Of a stretch of 18,314 nucleotides of DNA, positions 1 through 12,389 are shown in pieces; positions within the stretch are counted from its first letter, which is position 1; each line of letters opens with the position of its first letter. The DNA comes from Octopus sinensis. Lineage: Eukaryota. A program made the translations under genes and the position numbers. The stretch is taken from positions 1 through 18,314 of the forward strand of contig NW_021824557.1 in assembly GCF_006345805.1 (NCBI RefSeq), written 5' to 3'. The notes below the pieces were generated by a model, which saw nothing but the letters and a program-made list of their open reading frames with translations, ran no database searches and was not told the DNA's origin.

Positions 1-353
1 AGTAGTGTTTGTGTATCTAGCACAACGACGCCCTCGTTCTGACATAGTTAGTCTTAACTGAGACGTTTGCCACTTAAACCCAATTCAAAGGCCTGCGGCG
101 AAGAAGAGTTTGTGTTATTGCTGTGGTGGTGGGGTTAGAAGTTCTGTAAGTACTCTTTCACCAGCTTAGGGGCAGAAGTTACCCTCAAGTTGATGATCAG
201 ATATCATGTTAACAGAGGACTTATCCGAGATTTTGCTGATAAATATTCGGATAATGGCAATAAGTCATTGGTATCAGCTTTCGAAGACCGTCTTTCGATT
301 TCTTTTTTGATTAAAAAACCAAACAGGAAATTTGCTCAAATATTTATTTATTT

Positions 354-805
354 CAGGTGTGGCTGTTTGGTAAGATATTTGCTTCACAACCACATTGTTC
401 TGGGTTCAGTTCCACTGTGTGATACATTGAGCAAGTGTCTGCTGTTATAACCGCGGTTTAACCAAAGCCTTATGAGTAGTGTTAGTCGACGGAAACTGAA
501 AGAAGCCCGTTGTATATATGTATATATCTATGCGCGTGTGTATTTTTGGTCTTTGAGTTTGTCTCCGACCACCGCTTGACAACCGGTGCTGCAGTGTTTA
601 TGTCCTCTAACTTAGTGGTTTTACAACTGGTGTAGGTGTTTGACTTTATGTCTCGTTACATTAGAAGTTCAGCCAAAAGCACCGATAGAGTGATTACAAG
701 GCTTAGAAAAACAGTATTCGGGACGATTCATTCGACTAAAATGCCTTAATGTTGTGCCCCAGCATGGCTGCAATCTGATAACTGAAACAAGTAAAAGATT
801 AAAAA
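354..805 (+). mobile_element. tRNA-derived SINE, family A (near full length, diverged)
   Basis: Pol III A-box-like TGGCTGTTTGG and B-box-like GGTTCAGTTCC, an internal (TA)/(TG) tract, and a 3' tail GTGCCCCAGCATGGC...GAAACAAGTAAAAGA. Homologous to 4677-4770, 7967-8130 and 16693-16849. Confidence 0.85.
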
Positions 806-1192
806 TTACCAAAATTTATATATTAGTTTTCTTTCTGATTCCTTGCGAGAAACTTAAAATAAAACTGCATAACAATGAAAACAAAACGGAAATGGAAATA
901 ACCTTTTCTGGGGGTATTTTGTGTGTAGATCACGAATATAACATTCGTTTCTTTCTGTGATGCTCCGGTTTCTCGTAAACTACCATCTTAGTTATGTTAA
1001 ATACACTCATGGTTCCGTAGGAATTGAGTGTAGACAGGATTGAGAGTTAGGGACGGATTTTGATATAATTTTAATGAGATATTCCTAAGGTATTTGTCCA
1101 CCTAACCTATGGAAACTATAAACGTACACTCAATATTTTTATAGTTATATGGGTCCAAATCCGCGGTAAATCTGACAAGAATCGCCAAACCT

Positions 1193-1873
1193 GAATTCAA
1201 TGATCTAATTCGTGATCTAACACTTACTATGCAACTGAGTGAAGTCCTGGCTTTACGTCTGCAACAATGGAACCTGCTGGAGAAAGATACTCGAATTACA
1301 ATATTTAGGAAGCGGTCTGCAGATCTACAGCAATTCCTCGCTTTGAAAAACAACTTAACTTATTGTAATGATATCAGAGACCTATTCAATGACACTTGAG
1401 CTGACCTATGAACCAAATGAGTGGAGGATATTTATAGATGCATTCTTTTACAGCATAAAATTGTTCTATTACACATTGGGAACACCATGTCTTCAGTTCC
1501 AATTGTTCACCCATATTAAGACAGACAGATAAGAACCTTGCTTTTATTCTAGACCGCATAATTTACAAGAAGCATGAGAGGCTAACTTGCGTGGGCTTGA
1601 AAGTAGTAGCCCTACGTAATGGGCTAGAAACTGAATACACCACGTTTATGCGTCTCCTTTGATAGTGGGACAGTATGGCTCGGATCATAGCATTATATAC
1701 GCTCAGAATGGCCGCCTCGGGAAACTATGACGCCTGGATGCCATAATGAAGACCATGAGCCACTGGTTAAGAAGGAGAAAATCATTTTGTCACCACTGCA
1801 TATAAAAGTATGTCTAATGAAGCAATTTACCAAAGTTTTGCAGCATAAGAAGCCATGTTTCCAGTATCTCAAG
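1193..1873 (+). pseudogene. Decayed DNA-transposon transposase, Chapaev3-like (CMC superfamily)
   Basis: Manual translation across frameshifts and stops: EFNDLIRDLTLT..LRLQQWNLL, YCNDIRDL, EWRIFID, VLLHIGN..SVPIVH, LKVVAL..GL, WDSMAR..HY..WPPR, EPLV..KIILSPLHIKVCLMKQFTK, CFQYLK. These match in order the widespread invertebrate 'PPLHIKLGLMKQFVKAL' transposase family. The superfamily name is from recall. Confidence 0.75.
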
Positions 1874-2019
1874 GCGATCGGAAGAATTGTATGTTGATAG
1901 ATTATATGATGGAGGATTGGCTAAAAACGATTTTGGTCAAGATGGAAAAGAATGGTGCAATGAAAGAAAGAACTGGAAGTACATTGTGACCAGTTTTAGT
2001 GTGCCTGTATATATATATA

Positions 2020-2181
2020 AGTTCCATTCTAGCAAAAACTGTCTGATGAACGGCAACGAGAAACTCAGAGTAAAGATTTTGTTGAATTTTTCTGCTTGCT
2101 AAAAATAAAGCATATTACTCTCCCCACTGGTATTTGAGTACTCTTTTTTTCCACTTGTTTCACATTATGTGTTTACTCCGG

Positions 2182-2182
<1 letters not shown>
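2020..2182 (+). mobile_element. Penelope-like element terminal-repeat fragment (family H1)
   Basis: Flanked by (TA)n on both sides, homologous to 14255-14395, and carries a hammerhead motif. Confidence 0.65.
2034..2080 (+). ncRNA. Minimal type-I hammerhead ribozyme motif (H1)
   Basis: CTGATGA (2043-2049), A-CG-GCAA-CG-A stem II, GAAA (2060-2063), CTC-A-GAG, TA (cleavage after 2072). Stem I AAAAACTGT / AAGATTTT is eroded; the sister copy has ACAGGTTTT. Confidence 0.7.
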
Positions 2183-2217
<35 letters not shown>

Positions 2218-2396
2218 ATATATATAGATATATATAATATATATATCAATAGGGATAACGACAGAAAATGTACTAAATATACATGTTGTCAAGTATAATT
2301 TATAATTTATTACAGTAATATCATCTGTGTTGCTACTAACAGTTTCAGCGGTCCTCCAAAACATTACTTCAAACAAAATATCTGTGCAATGTTGTT

Positions 2397-2432
<36 letters not shown>

Positions 2433-2433
2433 G

Positions 2434-2478
<45 letters not shown>

Positions 2479-2650
2479 TATATATTATATATATATCTAT
2501 ACATTTTTGTGTGTATTTCATTATAATAATATGCATTAAATATATCGTTAATATATATAATATATATACATTATATCTATATATATATATATAATGATAT
2601 ATTATATATATATATATATATACATATATCTATATATATATATATATATT

Positions 2651-2681
<31 letters not shown>

Positions 2682-2710
2682 CTATAATACACACACATTT
2701 ATATATATAT
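2182..2710. repeat. (TA)n microsatellite tracts (2182-2246, ~2401-2710)
   Basis: Directly visible. Confidence 0.95.
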
Positions 2711-3089
2711 TTGCATACAGAGGCATATCGGTCGTTTTATTGTAACGTCAGTAACAACGTTTTGCAACTATAGCAATATATATATATATATTTCCTTACA
2801 CACATCATAGAACGAGATTCTATCTAATTAATAATTATAGTTAATTAACAAATTAGCGTTCAGACAGCAGTGTTATACACATCCGACTCCTGCATCAAAA
2901 TGTGTTTCTTATGTTCTATAGTTTGTTTCTTCGTTTTTTTTTTTCATTGCTTCTACACTTCCATCATTTCATTCGTAATAATAATCCGTTCACCTTTCCT
3001 GTTTCTCTTCGCCAACTCTATTTCTAACACGCTTTCATCTTTCCTCTCCAATTGGTTTTTATAAATCTTCTACATTATCAGAGAAGAAT

Positions 3090-3307
3090 ATTCTGTCTTT
3101 CTCTGTCTCTGTCTTTGTCTGCCTTTCTGTCTGTCTGTCTGTCTCTCTCTCTGTCTATCTATGTCTGTCTCTCTCGCTGTCAGTGTTTACACACACACAC
3201 ACACACACAACACCCACACCACACACACACACACACACATATATATAATATATATATTATATATATATATATAACTATAATATAGATATATCATATTATA
3301 TACAGAC

Positions 3308-3340
<33 letters not shown>

Positions 3341-3565
3341 TAGTATAGATATAAATATAGATATACAGAGAGAAAGAGTGAGACGAACAAAAGACAGGGA
3401 GTTAGATAAAGATATAATTTATATATATATATATATATATATCTATATATATATATATAGTATATATATGTATATATATACAATATATAATATTTACACA
3501 TATAAATATACATATATATTTATATATGTATTATACATCTATTTGTATGTGTAATAATGTGTGTG

Positions 3566-3644
<79 letters not shown>

Positions 3645-3719
3645 TAATACCGCTCTTTCCCATTACTGCTTCCTCTTCTCTCTCTCTCTCTCCAATCTCT
3701 CTCTACCTCTCCCCACTCT

Positions 3720-3761
<42 letters not shown>

Positions 3762-3939
3762 TTAATCTCTTAAAATTTCCAACGTCTCTTTTGCTAGCCT
3801 ACGACGTTCGATTGTTTACTTATCTTTCATCTTTGTCGGCCATGTTGTACCGCCACATCTGCCTGAATTAATTCCACATACACACTCTCACACACACACA
3901 TACTCTCTCGCAGATGAGAAAAAGATGCACACAACGAAT

Positions 3940-3988
<49 letters not shown>

Positions 3989-4173
3989 ACACACACACTC
4001 ACACACACACAGACATACACACTATTGCAGATACGATTACCCGCAATCACACTTCCGCATCTACATTCATAGGCACACCTCATATCTATTAACATACTTT
4101 ATTTATAAAAACATATACTCACACACTCACATACACTCGCAAACATATCCACACACACACACACATACACACA

Positions 4174-4220
<47 letters not shown>
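3090..4220. repeat. Compound microsatellite region (CT/CTGT, CA, TA, GATA)
   Basis: Directly visible; the ORFs here are repeat translations. Confidence 0.95.
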
Positions 4221-4239
4221 ACATAAATATATTCTTTTC

Positions 4240-4400
4240 TTTTATTCTTTTATCTGTTACAGTCATTTGACTGCTACAGTGCCTAGTATTTATTTTATCG
4301 GGTCTTTTGCTGAGCCACTAGGTTACGGGGACGTAAACACACCAACATCGGCTGTGACACGATGGTGGAGAACAACAAACATAGACATAATGACACACAT
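4240..4400 (-). mobile_element. SINE family A, 3' half
   Basis: Reverse complement matches 560-800 (GGTGTGTTTACGTCCCCGTAACCTAGTGGCTCAGCAAAAGACCCGATA...CAGTCAAATGACTGTAACAGATAAAAGAA). Confidence 0.75.
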
Positions 4401-4402
4401 AA

Positions 4403-4433
<31 letters not shown>

Positions 4434-4676
4434 GTATATATATTATATATATATATATGTGTGTGGTGTGTGTGTGTGGTATGTGTGTGTATACAGGGGC
4501 TGGACAAATAACCGGAAGAGTAGAAATTTATCTCCATATTTTAATAAGCCACTATATTACGAATATCCATGGAAATTTCATTGCGACTGTTTGCTTTTTA
4601 TTGTAGATGGTTTTATTTATCTAAATAAATTATTAGTTCTATCTCTTATTCAGATCGTAGCATAAATTAAGCTAAG

Positions 4677-4770
4677 ATGCGGAATGGCTGTGTGGTAAGT
4701 AGCTTGCTTACCAACCATATGGTCCGGGGTTCAGTCCCACTGCGTGGCACCTTGGGCTGATGTCTTCTAT
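4677..4770 (+). mobile_element. SINE family A, tRNA-derived head only
   Basis: TGGCTGTGTGGTAAGTAGCTTGCTTACCAACC...GGTTCAGTCCCACTGCGTGGCACCTTGGGC, near-identical to the other heads. Confidence 0.85.
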
Positions 4771-4805
4771 AATTAGTTTAGCTATGACTTAACCATCCTC
4801 TCACA

Positions 4806-4859
4806 CCGATCCGATGAAGGGACATGATTAATAAATATCCTGGAAACAGCTGTAAGACC
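4806..4859 (+). ncRNA. Degenerate hammerhead motif (family H2) in a Penelope-like terminal fragment (~4775-4930)
   Basis: CCGATGA (core variant), AGGGA...TCCT stem II, GAAA, CAGCTG palindrome, TA, AGACC. The context is homologous to 12220-12340. Stem I is disrupted. Confidence 0.55.
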
Positions 4860-5079
4860 TTCTATCTGTAAATGTTCTAATATCTACACAGCCTTGTTTT
4901 TTTTTTATCTTATTACGCAAAAAATTCTTATATACACACGCTGACATAGAACCAAAGTTGAACCCCTTATTCACAAAATTACCGAACCTGGAACTTAACT
5001 TTGGTCTGTCTATAGCACTTATTCAGCATTACCGGACACCTTTGGGTCTCAATGACATCAGTACCTCTTATATATATAT

Positions 5080-5410
5080 CAAGGCTAAGGGAAGCCCTGT
5101 CCAGAGAAAGCAGAGGGACCCCAGCAAAAACTGTAAGGGCAGGGAAAGAAACACCTGCAAATTCTACCTGAGGGGGGACTGCTGGTACAGCGTCGAAGGT
5201 GCAAACTGTCGCTTTGCACATCGGAGGTCCTACCAAAACCGCACGGACGCGAGACAGAGGTCCCTCCCTCAGGGAGAACAAAAACAAAAACAAAAAGTTA
5301 AAGAAGGGAAAAAGCGCACTGACCACTACTGAAAGACGGTATGCAGATGTGGTGCGCGGAAACCCACCAGATGGCCAGCTTCACCCAGAGTGTGAGAAGG
5401 GCGGCAGCTG
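5080..5410 (+). pseudogene. LINE ORF1 C-terminal remnant with CCCH zinc finger
   Basis: CKFYLRGDCWYSVEGANCRFAH (5156-5221) = C-x7-C-x8-C-x3-H, then basic residues and RRYADVVRG. Confidence 0.7.
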
Positions 5411-5554
5411 AACAGCAATCTTTTTTGTGCATGGCATAAAAAATTGTTCAGCAGCTGACCTAGCTACAAGCACAAGCTGGAACTATCACCACATAAGGCC
5501 ACCTCCAATAGATGCAGGATGGCCACAACAGACACCAACACCAACACACACACC

Positions 5555-7830
5555 ACAAAAATATTTCTACTGAATGTAGGAGGGCCTGCTGCGCGGAAAC
5601 TGTAAAAAGAAAATCTCATTCCTGAGAGACCTTGTGACATGCAATCAAGCTATATGCATGGCACTCACAGAAACGCATCTTGAACCGATATAGTTGATGC
5701 AGAATACACATGCCGCAATATGCAGTCATACGCACAGATAGAAAAGGGAGGAGCCATGGTGGAGTTGCAATGTACATCCGAGATGACCTCACGCCCCAGG
5801 TCCTGCTGTCATATTCAAACTCAGTATGTGAAACTCAAATTGTACACATAAGACAATTGAATTCGTCATATGCACTACATATCGCCCCACCAATGGCCCC
5901 AAAACACTCAGGCATGTTTGAAGATGCCTAACAAAAATAGGAGAAGTCCTCACCAACCTTGAACAGCACACAATGTTTTCTTCATGGGTGACTTTAACCT
6001 CCCCAATGTGAAATGGCCTGGGGGGCCGATGCTCCCAGGGATGACACACCATCAGCAGGCACAGGTGGAGTCCCTGCTCCATCTCACAAATGCCTCTTTC
6101 ATGGAGCAAATAGTTCTGCAACCAACAAGGCAGATAATATACTGGATCTCTGCTTCACAAACATATGGATATTATCCATAATGTTAATGTGATGCCGACA
6201 ATGATCTCGGATCACAACATAATAGAGCTGTCTATGTATGGAACAAAAGCCCCCACAGACACACAGCCTATACGAAGCACCCACCATCTCTCCAACTTAA
6301 ACTTTCATAAAGCCAACTGGAAGTTGATTGAGAAAGAGATCCTCAACAGGATTGGCCTGAATGTCCTCTCCCACACCGGACATAAACATGAAACACAAAC
6401 ACTTCATGTCCATAATACAAGCCATATGTGACAAATATGTCCCAGTGTGCAGGGCCAGCACACACAAGACAAAAACAGGATCCCTAGAGAAAGGAGGATT
6501 CTTATGAGACGACGGACAAGGATTGCAACCGTAAGAAACTAATCATGTTCCTTGAGAAATGACTTGCTGCCTGACACCCAGCATGGATTTCGACCAGGTA
6601 GAGGCTGCCTAACACAGCTCCTGCAACACTATGAATGGTGTGTAAACAGCTACTAAATGGCTCAATGTGGATGTAATATATCTTCGACTTTGCAAAAGCC
6701 TTTGATAAAGTCGACCATGGTATGATCTGTCACAACTGCGTGGTCTCGGCATAGGCGGGAAACTTGGAGAGTGGCTGCACAACTTCCTAAAAGACAGAAA
6801 ACAGGCAGTTGTGAGCAATGGAGCCACCTCCAAGGAAACGCAAATAACAAGCGGTGTCCTACAGCGGCACTGTCTTGGGGCCATTGATTTTCATAGTGGC
6901 CCTTTCAGACATGCCTTCAGTTGCTACGATGACCACCCTTGCTAGCTATGCAGATGACACAAAAGTCTCCCACGCAATACAAACCCTGAAAATATTGCGC
7001 ATCTGCAACATGAGCTGGACACAATATACAGGTGGGCTGAGGACAACAACATGCAGTTAATGCAGGTAAGTTCCAGGCCCGCGTATTGGCACACAAAGGT
7101 AAATGACGTGAAGACTGAATACACTGGCCCAGGAAGAATTGCAATCTCTGAGTCAAAATCAGTGCGTGACCTGGGCATTGACATGAGCAATGATGCATCT
7201 TTCCAAATGCATATTGCTAATCTGAGTGATAAAATGCAGACGGCTAGCTGGATGGATTCTCCGAACTTTCAGAACAAGAGAGAAGGAGACACTGATGGTC
7301 CTATGGAAAACATTCGTCCTCAGCCGCTTGGACTACTGCTCCAACTTTGGTCACCACACAATATAAAACAAACAGCAGAACTCGAAGCAATTCAGAGAAG
7401 CTACACAAAGAAAATCGTCTCAATGCAAAATATCAGCTACTGGGAAAGACTGAAGGTATTAAACCTCTTTCCCTGGAGCGGAGGCGGGAGAGATATGCAG
7501 TGATATACATCTGGAAAATCCTGGAGGGTCTTGTCCCAAACTTTGGCATTCAAAGTTACTCCAACCGCAGAACGGGGCGCCGCTGCGTGGTGCCAAGATT
7601 CCAACATCACCATCAAAATACAGGTCCAGATACTGCAACAGCTTGGGTTTCAGAGGACCACAGCTCTTTAACATCCTCCCTAAATGCCTGAGAGACTTAC
7701 ATGGTGTGGATGTGGGTTTCTTTAAAACTAAACTGGATCTCTTCTTGTTGGGAGTCCCGATGAACCTACCTCACGACAGGAGACGCGGATGCGGGCAGCA
7801 GCATCGAACTCCCTTGTTGATCAAGTGCCA
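5555..7830 (+). pseudogene. LINE ORF2 remnant (AP endonuclease + reverse transcriptase)
   Basis: Motifs are spread over ORF fragments 5710-5931, 5984-6181, 6165-6431, 6854-7060, 7051-7503, 7347-7691 and 7643-7909. Confidence 0.92.
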
Positions 7831-7933
7831 CGTATCAGAGGTGGATTCAAAAACTAGTGTAGCTCATTCAGCGGTGGTGCCCCAGCATGGCCGCGGCCTT
7901 CGGGCCTAAAAACATTTTAAATATTATATAAGG

Positions 7934-7966
<33 letters not shown>

Positions 7967-7970
<4 letters not shown>

Positions 7971-8130
7971 ACGGACGGTCTTCTTTCAGTTTTCCAAATC
8001 CACTTACAACGCTTGGACGACCCGAGGCTGTAGTAGAAGACACTCACTCAAGGTACCATGCAGTGGGACTGAACCCGGAACCATGTGGTTGGTAAGCAAG
8101 CTACTTACCACACAGCCACTCTTGCGCCTA
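7967..8130 (-). mobile_element. SINE family A, 5' half
   Basis: Reverse complement TAGGCGCAAGAGTGGCTGTGTGGTAAGTAGCTTGC...GGTTCAGTCCCACTGCATGG...AAACTGAAAGAAG. Confidence 0.88.
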
Positions 8131-8156
8131 TGTGTCTGTTAAATATATGTCTTTTT

Positions 8157-8340
8157 AAGTTTTACTTCTTTCTGTCATTGAACCGCGCCCATGCTGGGTC
8201 ACTGCCTCGGAGTTTCAGCCGAACAAATTGCGTTTATTCCCACGGTTTCTTTTGCAACAGTCCTAAGTTATGGGGATATAAGGAAACTAACACCGGCTGT
8301 GAAGCTGAGGTCGGGGCGCGGAAAACAGAAAATCACACAC
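8157..8340 (-). mobile_element. SINE family A, diverged 3' half
   Basis: Reverse complement has CCGGTGTTAG..CCCCATAACTTAG and the tail GGCAGTGACCCAGCATGGGCGCGG. Confidence 0.65.
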
Positions 8341-8363
8341 ACACATATATGTATATCCATATC

Positions 8364-8398
<35 letters not shown>

Positions 8399-8439
8399 TA
8401 AATATATACATATATATGTATGAGCATATGTATAGAGAA

Positions 8440-8534
<95 letters not shown>

Positions 8535-8580
8535 GAAGATAGATAGATAGATAGATAGACAAAAACAGATAGATAGGTTT
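8335..8580. repeat. Compound microsatellite (TA)(GA)(GACA)(GATA)
   Basis: Directly visible. Confidence 0.95.
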
Positions 8581-9414
8581 CGTATACTATATACACCATA
8601 CAACCATACGCATCCATACTAGATACACATACATACATTCATTCATTGCTATGAATATTCATTAACTGGTTCCTCTTTCCTTCATACATCAAAACGTTCT
8701 GAAAACAAAATCAGGTGAGGTGGGTTCTATTTTGCAACATGGCTGATTGACGGCAAATCTGTGAAGTACATTATGTCTTCCCTCACGCCTAATTTTACCG
8801 CCACCGTCACCAATCAGCGGCCATATTTTTTCTTTATTTTATACTCTTTTCCACATTCTTCCTTTCTTCTGCTCTCCACCCTGCCATTGCCTGCTTTCAA
8901 CGAACAAGCACATACTCATACATACATACATACATACATACATACATACATACATACATACATACATACATACATACATACATACATACGTACATACATA
9001 CATACATATATATATATACGCATACACATTCACACAAGAGAACATTCACAGATAAATCATTTCACTCTCTGTTTCTAATTACGGCTTTCTCAGCCGCAGT
9101 CTCTCTCCCTTTCTCCTTCACACCCACCTCTCTCTCTTTCGAATGCACACCAGCTTTTCTTTCTTCAAATGTTTCTCTACCCATCTATCTCTCCATATGT
9201 GAGAACGTATGCGAATATGTAGGCATATTCTTTGAGCGTATTGGAATATGTACGCTTATGATGTATATATATATATATATATATATTTGTATATAGATAG
9301 ACATGTGTGTTAATAAATACGCACACAAACGCACTAGCACACACGCTCAAACACACGCACACATGTGTATGTATGTATGTATGTATGTATGTATGTATGT
9401 ATGTATGTATGTAT

Positions 9415-9600
9415 TAGTTGTTTCATTGCCCTGGGGCTTTGTTGAGTTTAGTCGAACATATCAACCCAATAGCTATATTTTAAAAATCTGATGCTTAGTC
9501 TATGTTCGTTTTTGCCAAAACGCTCTCTTACATAGAGGTAAACACACCAACACCGGTTGATAGCGGGAATGATGGACAAACGCAATGCTAGACACACACA
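9415..9600 (-). mobile_element. SINE family A, old 3' half
   Basis: GTAAACACACCAACACCGGTTG, TTTTGCC and TTTAGTCGAA match the reverse complement of the family A body. Confidence 0.55.
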
Positions 9601-9773
9601 CATCCGCATAGATGCACTGATACATACATAAAAACATAGATGCATACATACATATATACATACGTACGTACATGCATACATACATGCATACATACATACA
9701 TACATACATACATACATACATACATACATACATGCATACACACATTCATACATACATACACACATTCATACAT

Positions 9774-9987
9774 ATAACACACTGCCTAAATACCAATCTG
9801 GAGAAATTAGGCTTCTCAAAACCAGAAAGGAGAGAGCTAATTCGAAGACTACTGATCCAACCCATCACTGGAACTGTAAAAATCTGGAAAACTTTCCAGA
9901 AGTTTATCATTTAAGTATATATGAACTTGTATAGATATGTAAGTATATGCATGAGAAGACATACATAAAACGGAACATATAAATCTG
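9774..9987 (+). mobile_element. 3' stub of an RLE-type (R2/R4/HERO-like) non-LTR retrotransposon inside (CATA)n
   Basis: ITHCLNTNLEKLGFSKPERRELIRRLLIQPITGTVKIWKTFQKFII* (stop 9912-9914) resembles the C-terminal helix after the RLE domain. Short 3' UTR; (CATA)n on both sides. Confidence 0.6.
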
Positions 9988-10390
9988 CATGCATACATAC
10001 ATACATACATACATACATACATACATACATACATACATACATACATACATACGTGCATATAAAAATAGCCTCTTGATGTTGAAATTCCAATGAAGGAGCC
10101 TTGGATCTAGTTTAGAAACTGACTCTTTATTGGCAAGAAATTTCGAAATAAAATTTGAATAATGACATACAAACATACATACATACATACATACATACAT
10201 ACATACATACATGCGTACGTACGTACATACATACATACGTACATGCATGCATGCATGCATGCATACATACATACATACATACATACATACATACATACGT
10301 ACGTACGTACGTACGTACGTACATACATACATACATACATACATACATACGTACGTACGTACATACATACATACATACATACATACATAG

Positions 10391-10421
<31 letters not shown>

Positions 10422-10454
10422 CATACATACATACATACATACATACATACATAC

Positions 10455-11834
<1,380 letters not shown>

Positions 11835-11888
11835 ACTGAACTCAACATGTTTTTTCTTTCATTCTGTCTCTGTTAATTTCCTCTTGTT

Positions 11889-11926
11889 TCTTTCTGGCGA
11901 AGAGCATAGGCTCGAAACGTAAAAGA
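11889..11926 (+). ncRNA. Minimal hammerhead motif (family H3) in a Penelope-like terminal fragment (~11850-12017)
   Basis: TCTTT, CTGGCGA (core variant), A, GAGC-ATAG-GCTC, GAAA, CG, TA, AAAGA. Stems I and II are perfect. Confidence 0.7.
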
Positions 11927-12241
11927 CTTTTCTACTTTTCCTGAGCGTCAAACTAATTCACTTGGTTGTTGTTCCTACACTCGTCCTCGCCTTTCTTTTT
12001 CTATAAATTTGAACTCTATATATAATATGAATTCCTATCGGAGCTTACATACCACGGACAAGAAACATTTTTACCCATTCAAAACAACACATTACTTGCA
12101 TAGTGGATCAGCAAGATTAACATCCAACATGTATCTTTATTTTTATTCTTAGGTTTCCCTTTATATTTTTTATATCTCGCCCTTTTCAAAATAACTTCTT
12201 ATATTGAAATTTACTATTTCCTTATATTTAACTCTCTCATA

Positions 12242-12293
12242 TAGTCTCTGATGATGGAATATCTTTTATATCCCTGAAACGGCTGTAAGACTA
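12242..12293 (+). ncRNA. Minimal type-I hammerhead ribozyme (family H2), canonical core
   Basis: TAGTCT, CTGATGA, TGGAATAT-CTTTT-ATATCCCT, GAAA, CGGCTG, TA, AGACTA. Perfect 6-bp stem I; predicted cleavage after GUA (12287). Confidence 0.82.
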
Positions 12294-12337
12294 CCCTTCG
12301 CTTTATAAAATGTCCTAGAAACTTCATACTGCCTTGG

Positions 12338-12377
<40 letters not shown>

Positions 12378-12389
12378 TGTATATATATA

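Larger units (their letters stand above)
5080..7920 (+). mobile_element. CR1/L2-group non-LTR retrotransposon (LINE), 5'-truncated, frameshifted, internally deleted
   Basis: ORF1 remnant with a CCCH finger and YADVV. APE motifs: LTETHL, DRKGRSHGGVAMY, YRPP, GDFNLP, PTR, SDHN. RT motifs: QHGFRPGRGC, DFAKAFDKVDH, GTVLGP, YADDTK. C-terminal SLERRRERY..IWKI. (TA)n on both flanks. Confidence 0.93.
8919..10454. repeat. Cluster of (CATA)n/(TATG)n tracts (8919-9020, 9363-9412, 9620-9773, 9988-10050, 10166-10454)
   Basis: Directly visible; source of the MYVC/HTYI ORFs. Confidence 0.95.

Noticed and set aside
1-200. Possible host exon (GTAAGT donor at 146; minus-strand ATG at 45)
   Set aside because: No recognisable protein similarity, and it is truncated by the window edge.
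2325-2360. Minus-strand GAAACTGTTAGTA, a hammerhead 3' half
   Set aside because: No CTGANGA core upstream; at most a truncated remnant.
4491-4530. TACAGGGGCTGGACAAATAA as a Tc1-like TIR
   Set aside because: No partner TIR or transposase found nearby.
4951-5005. 9-bp inverted repeat ACCAAAGTT/AACTTTGGT
   Set aside because: Too short to exceed chance in AT-rich DNA.
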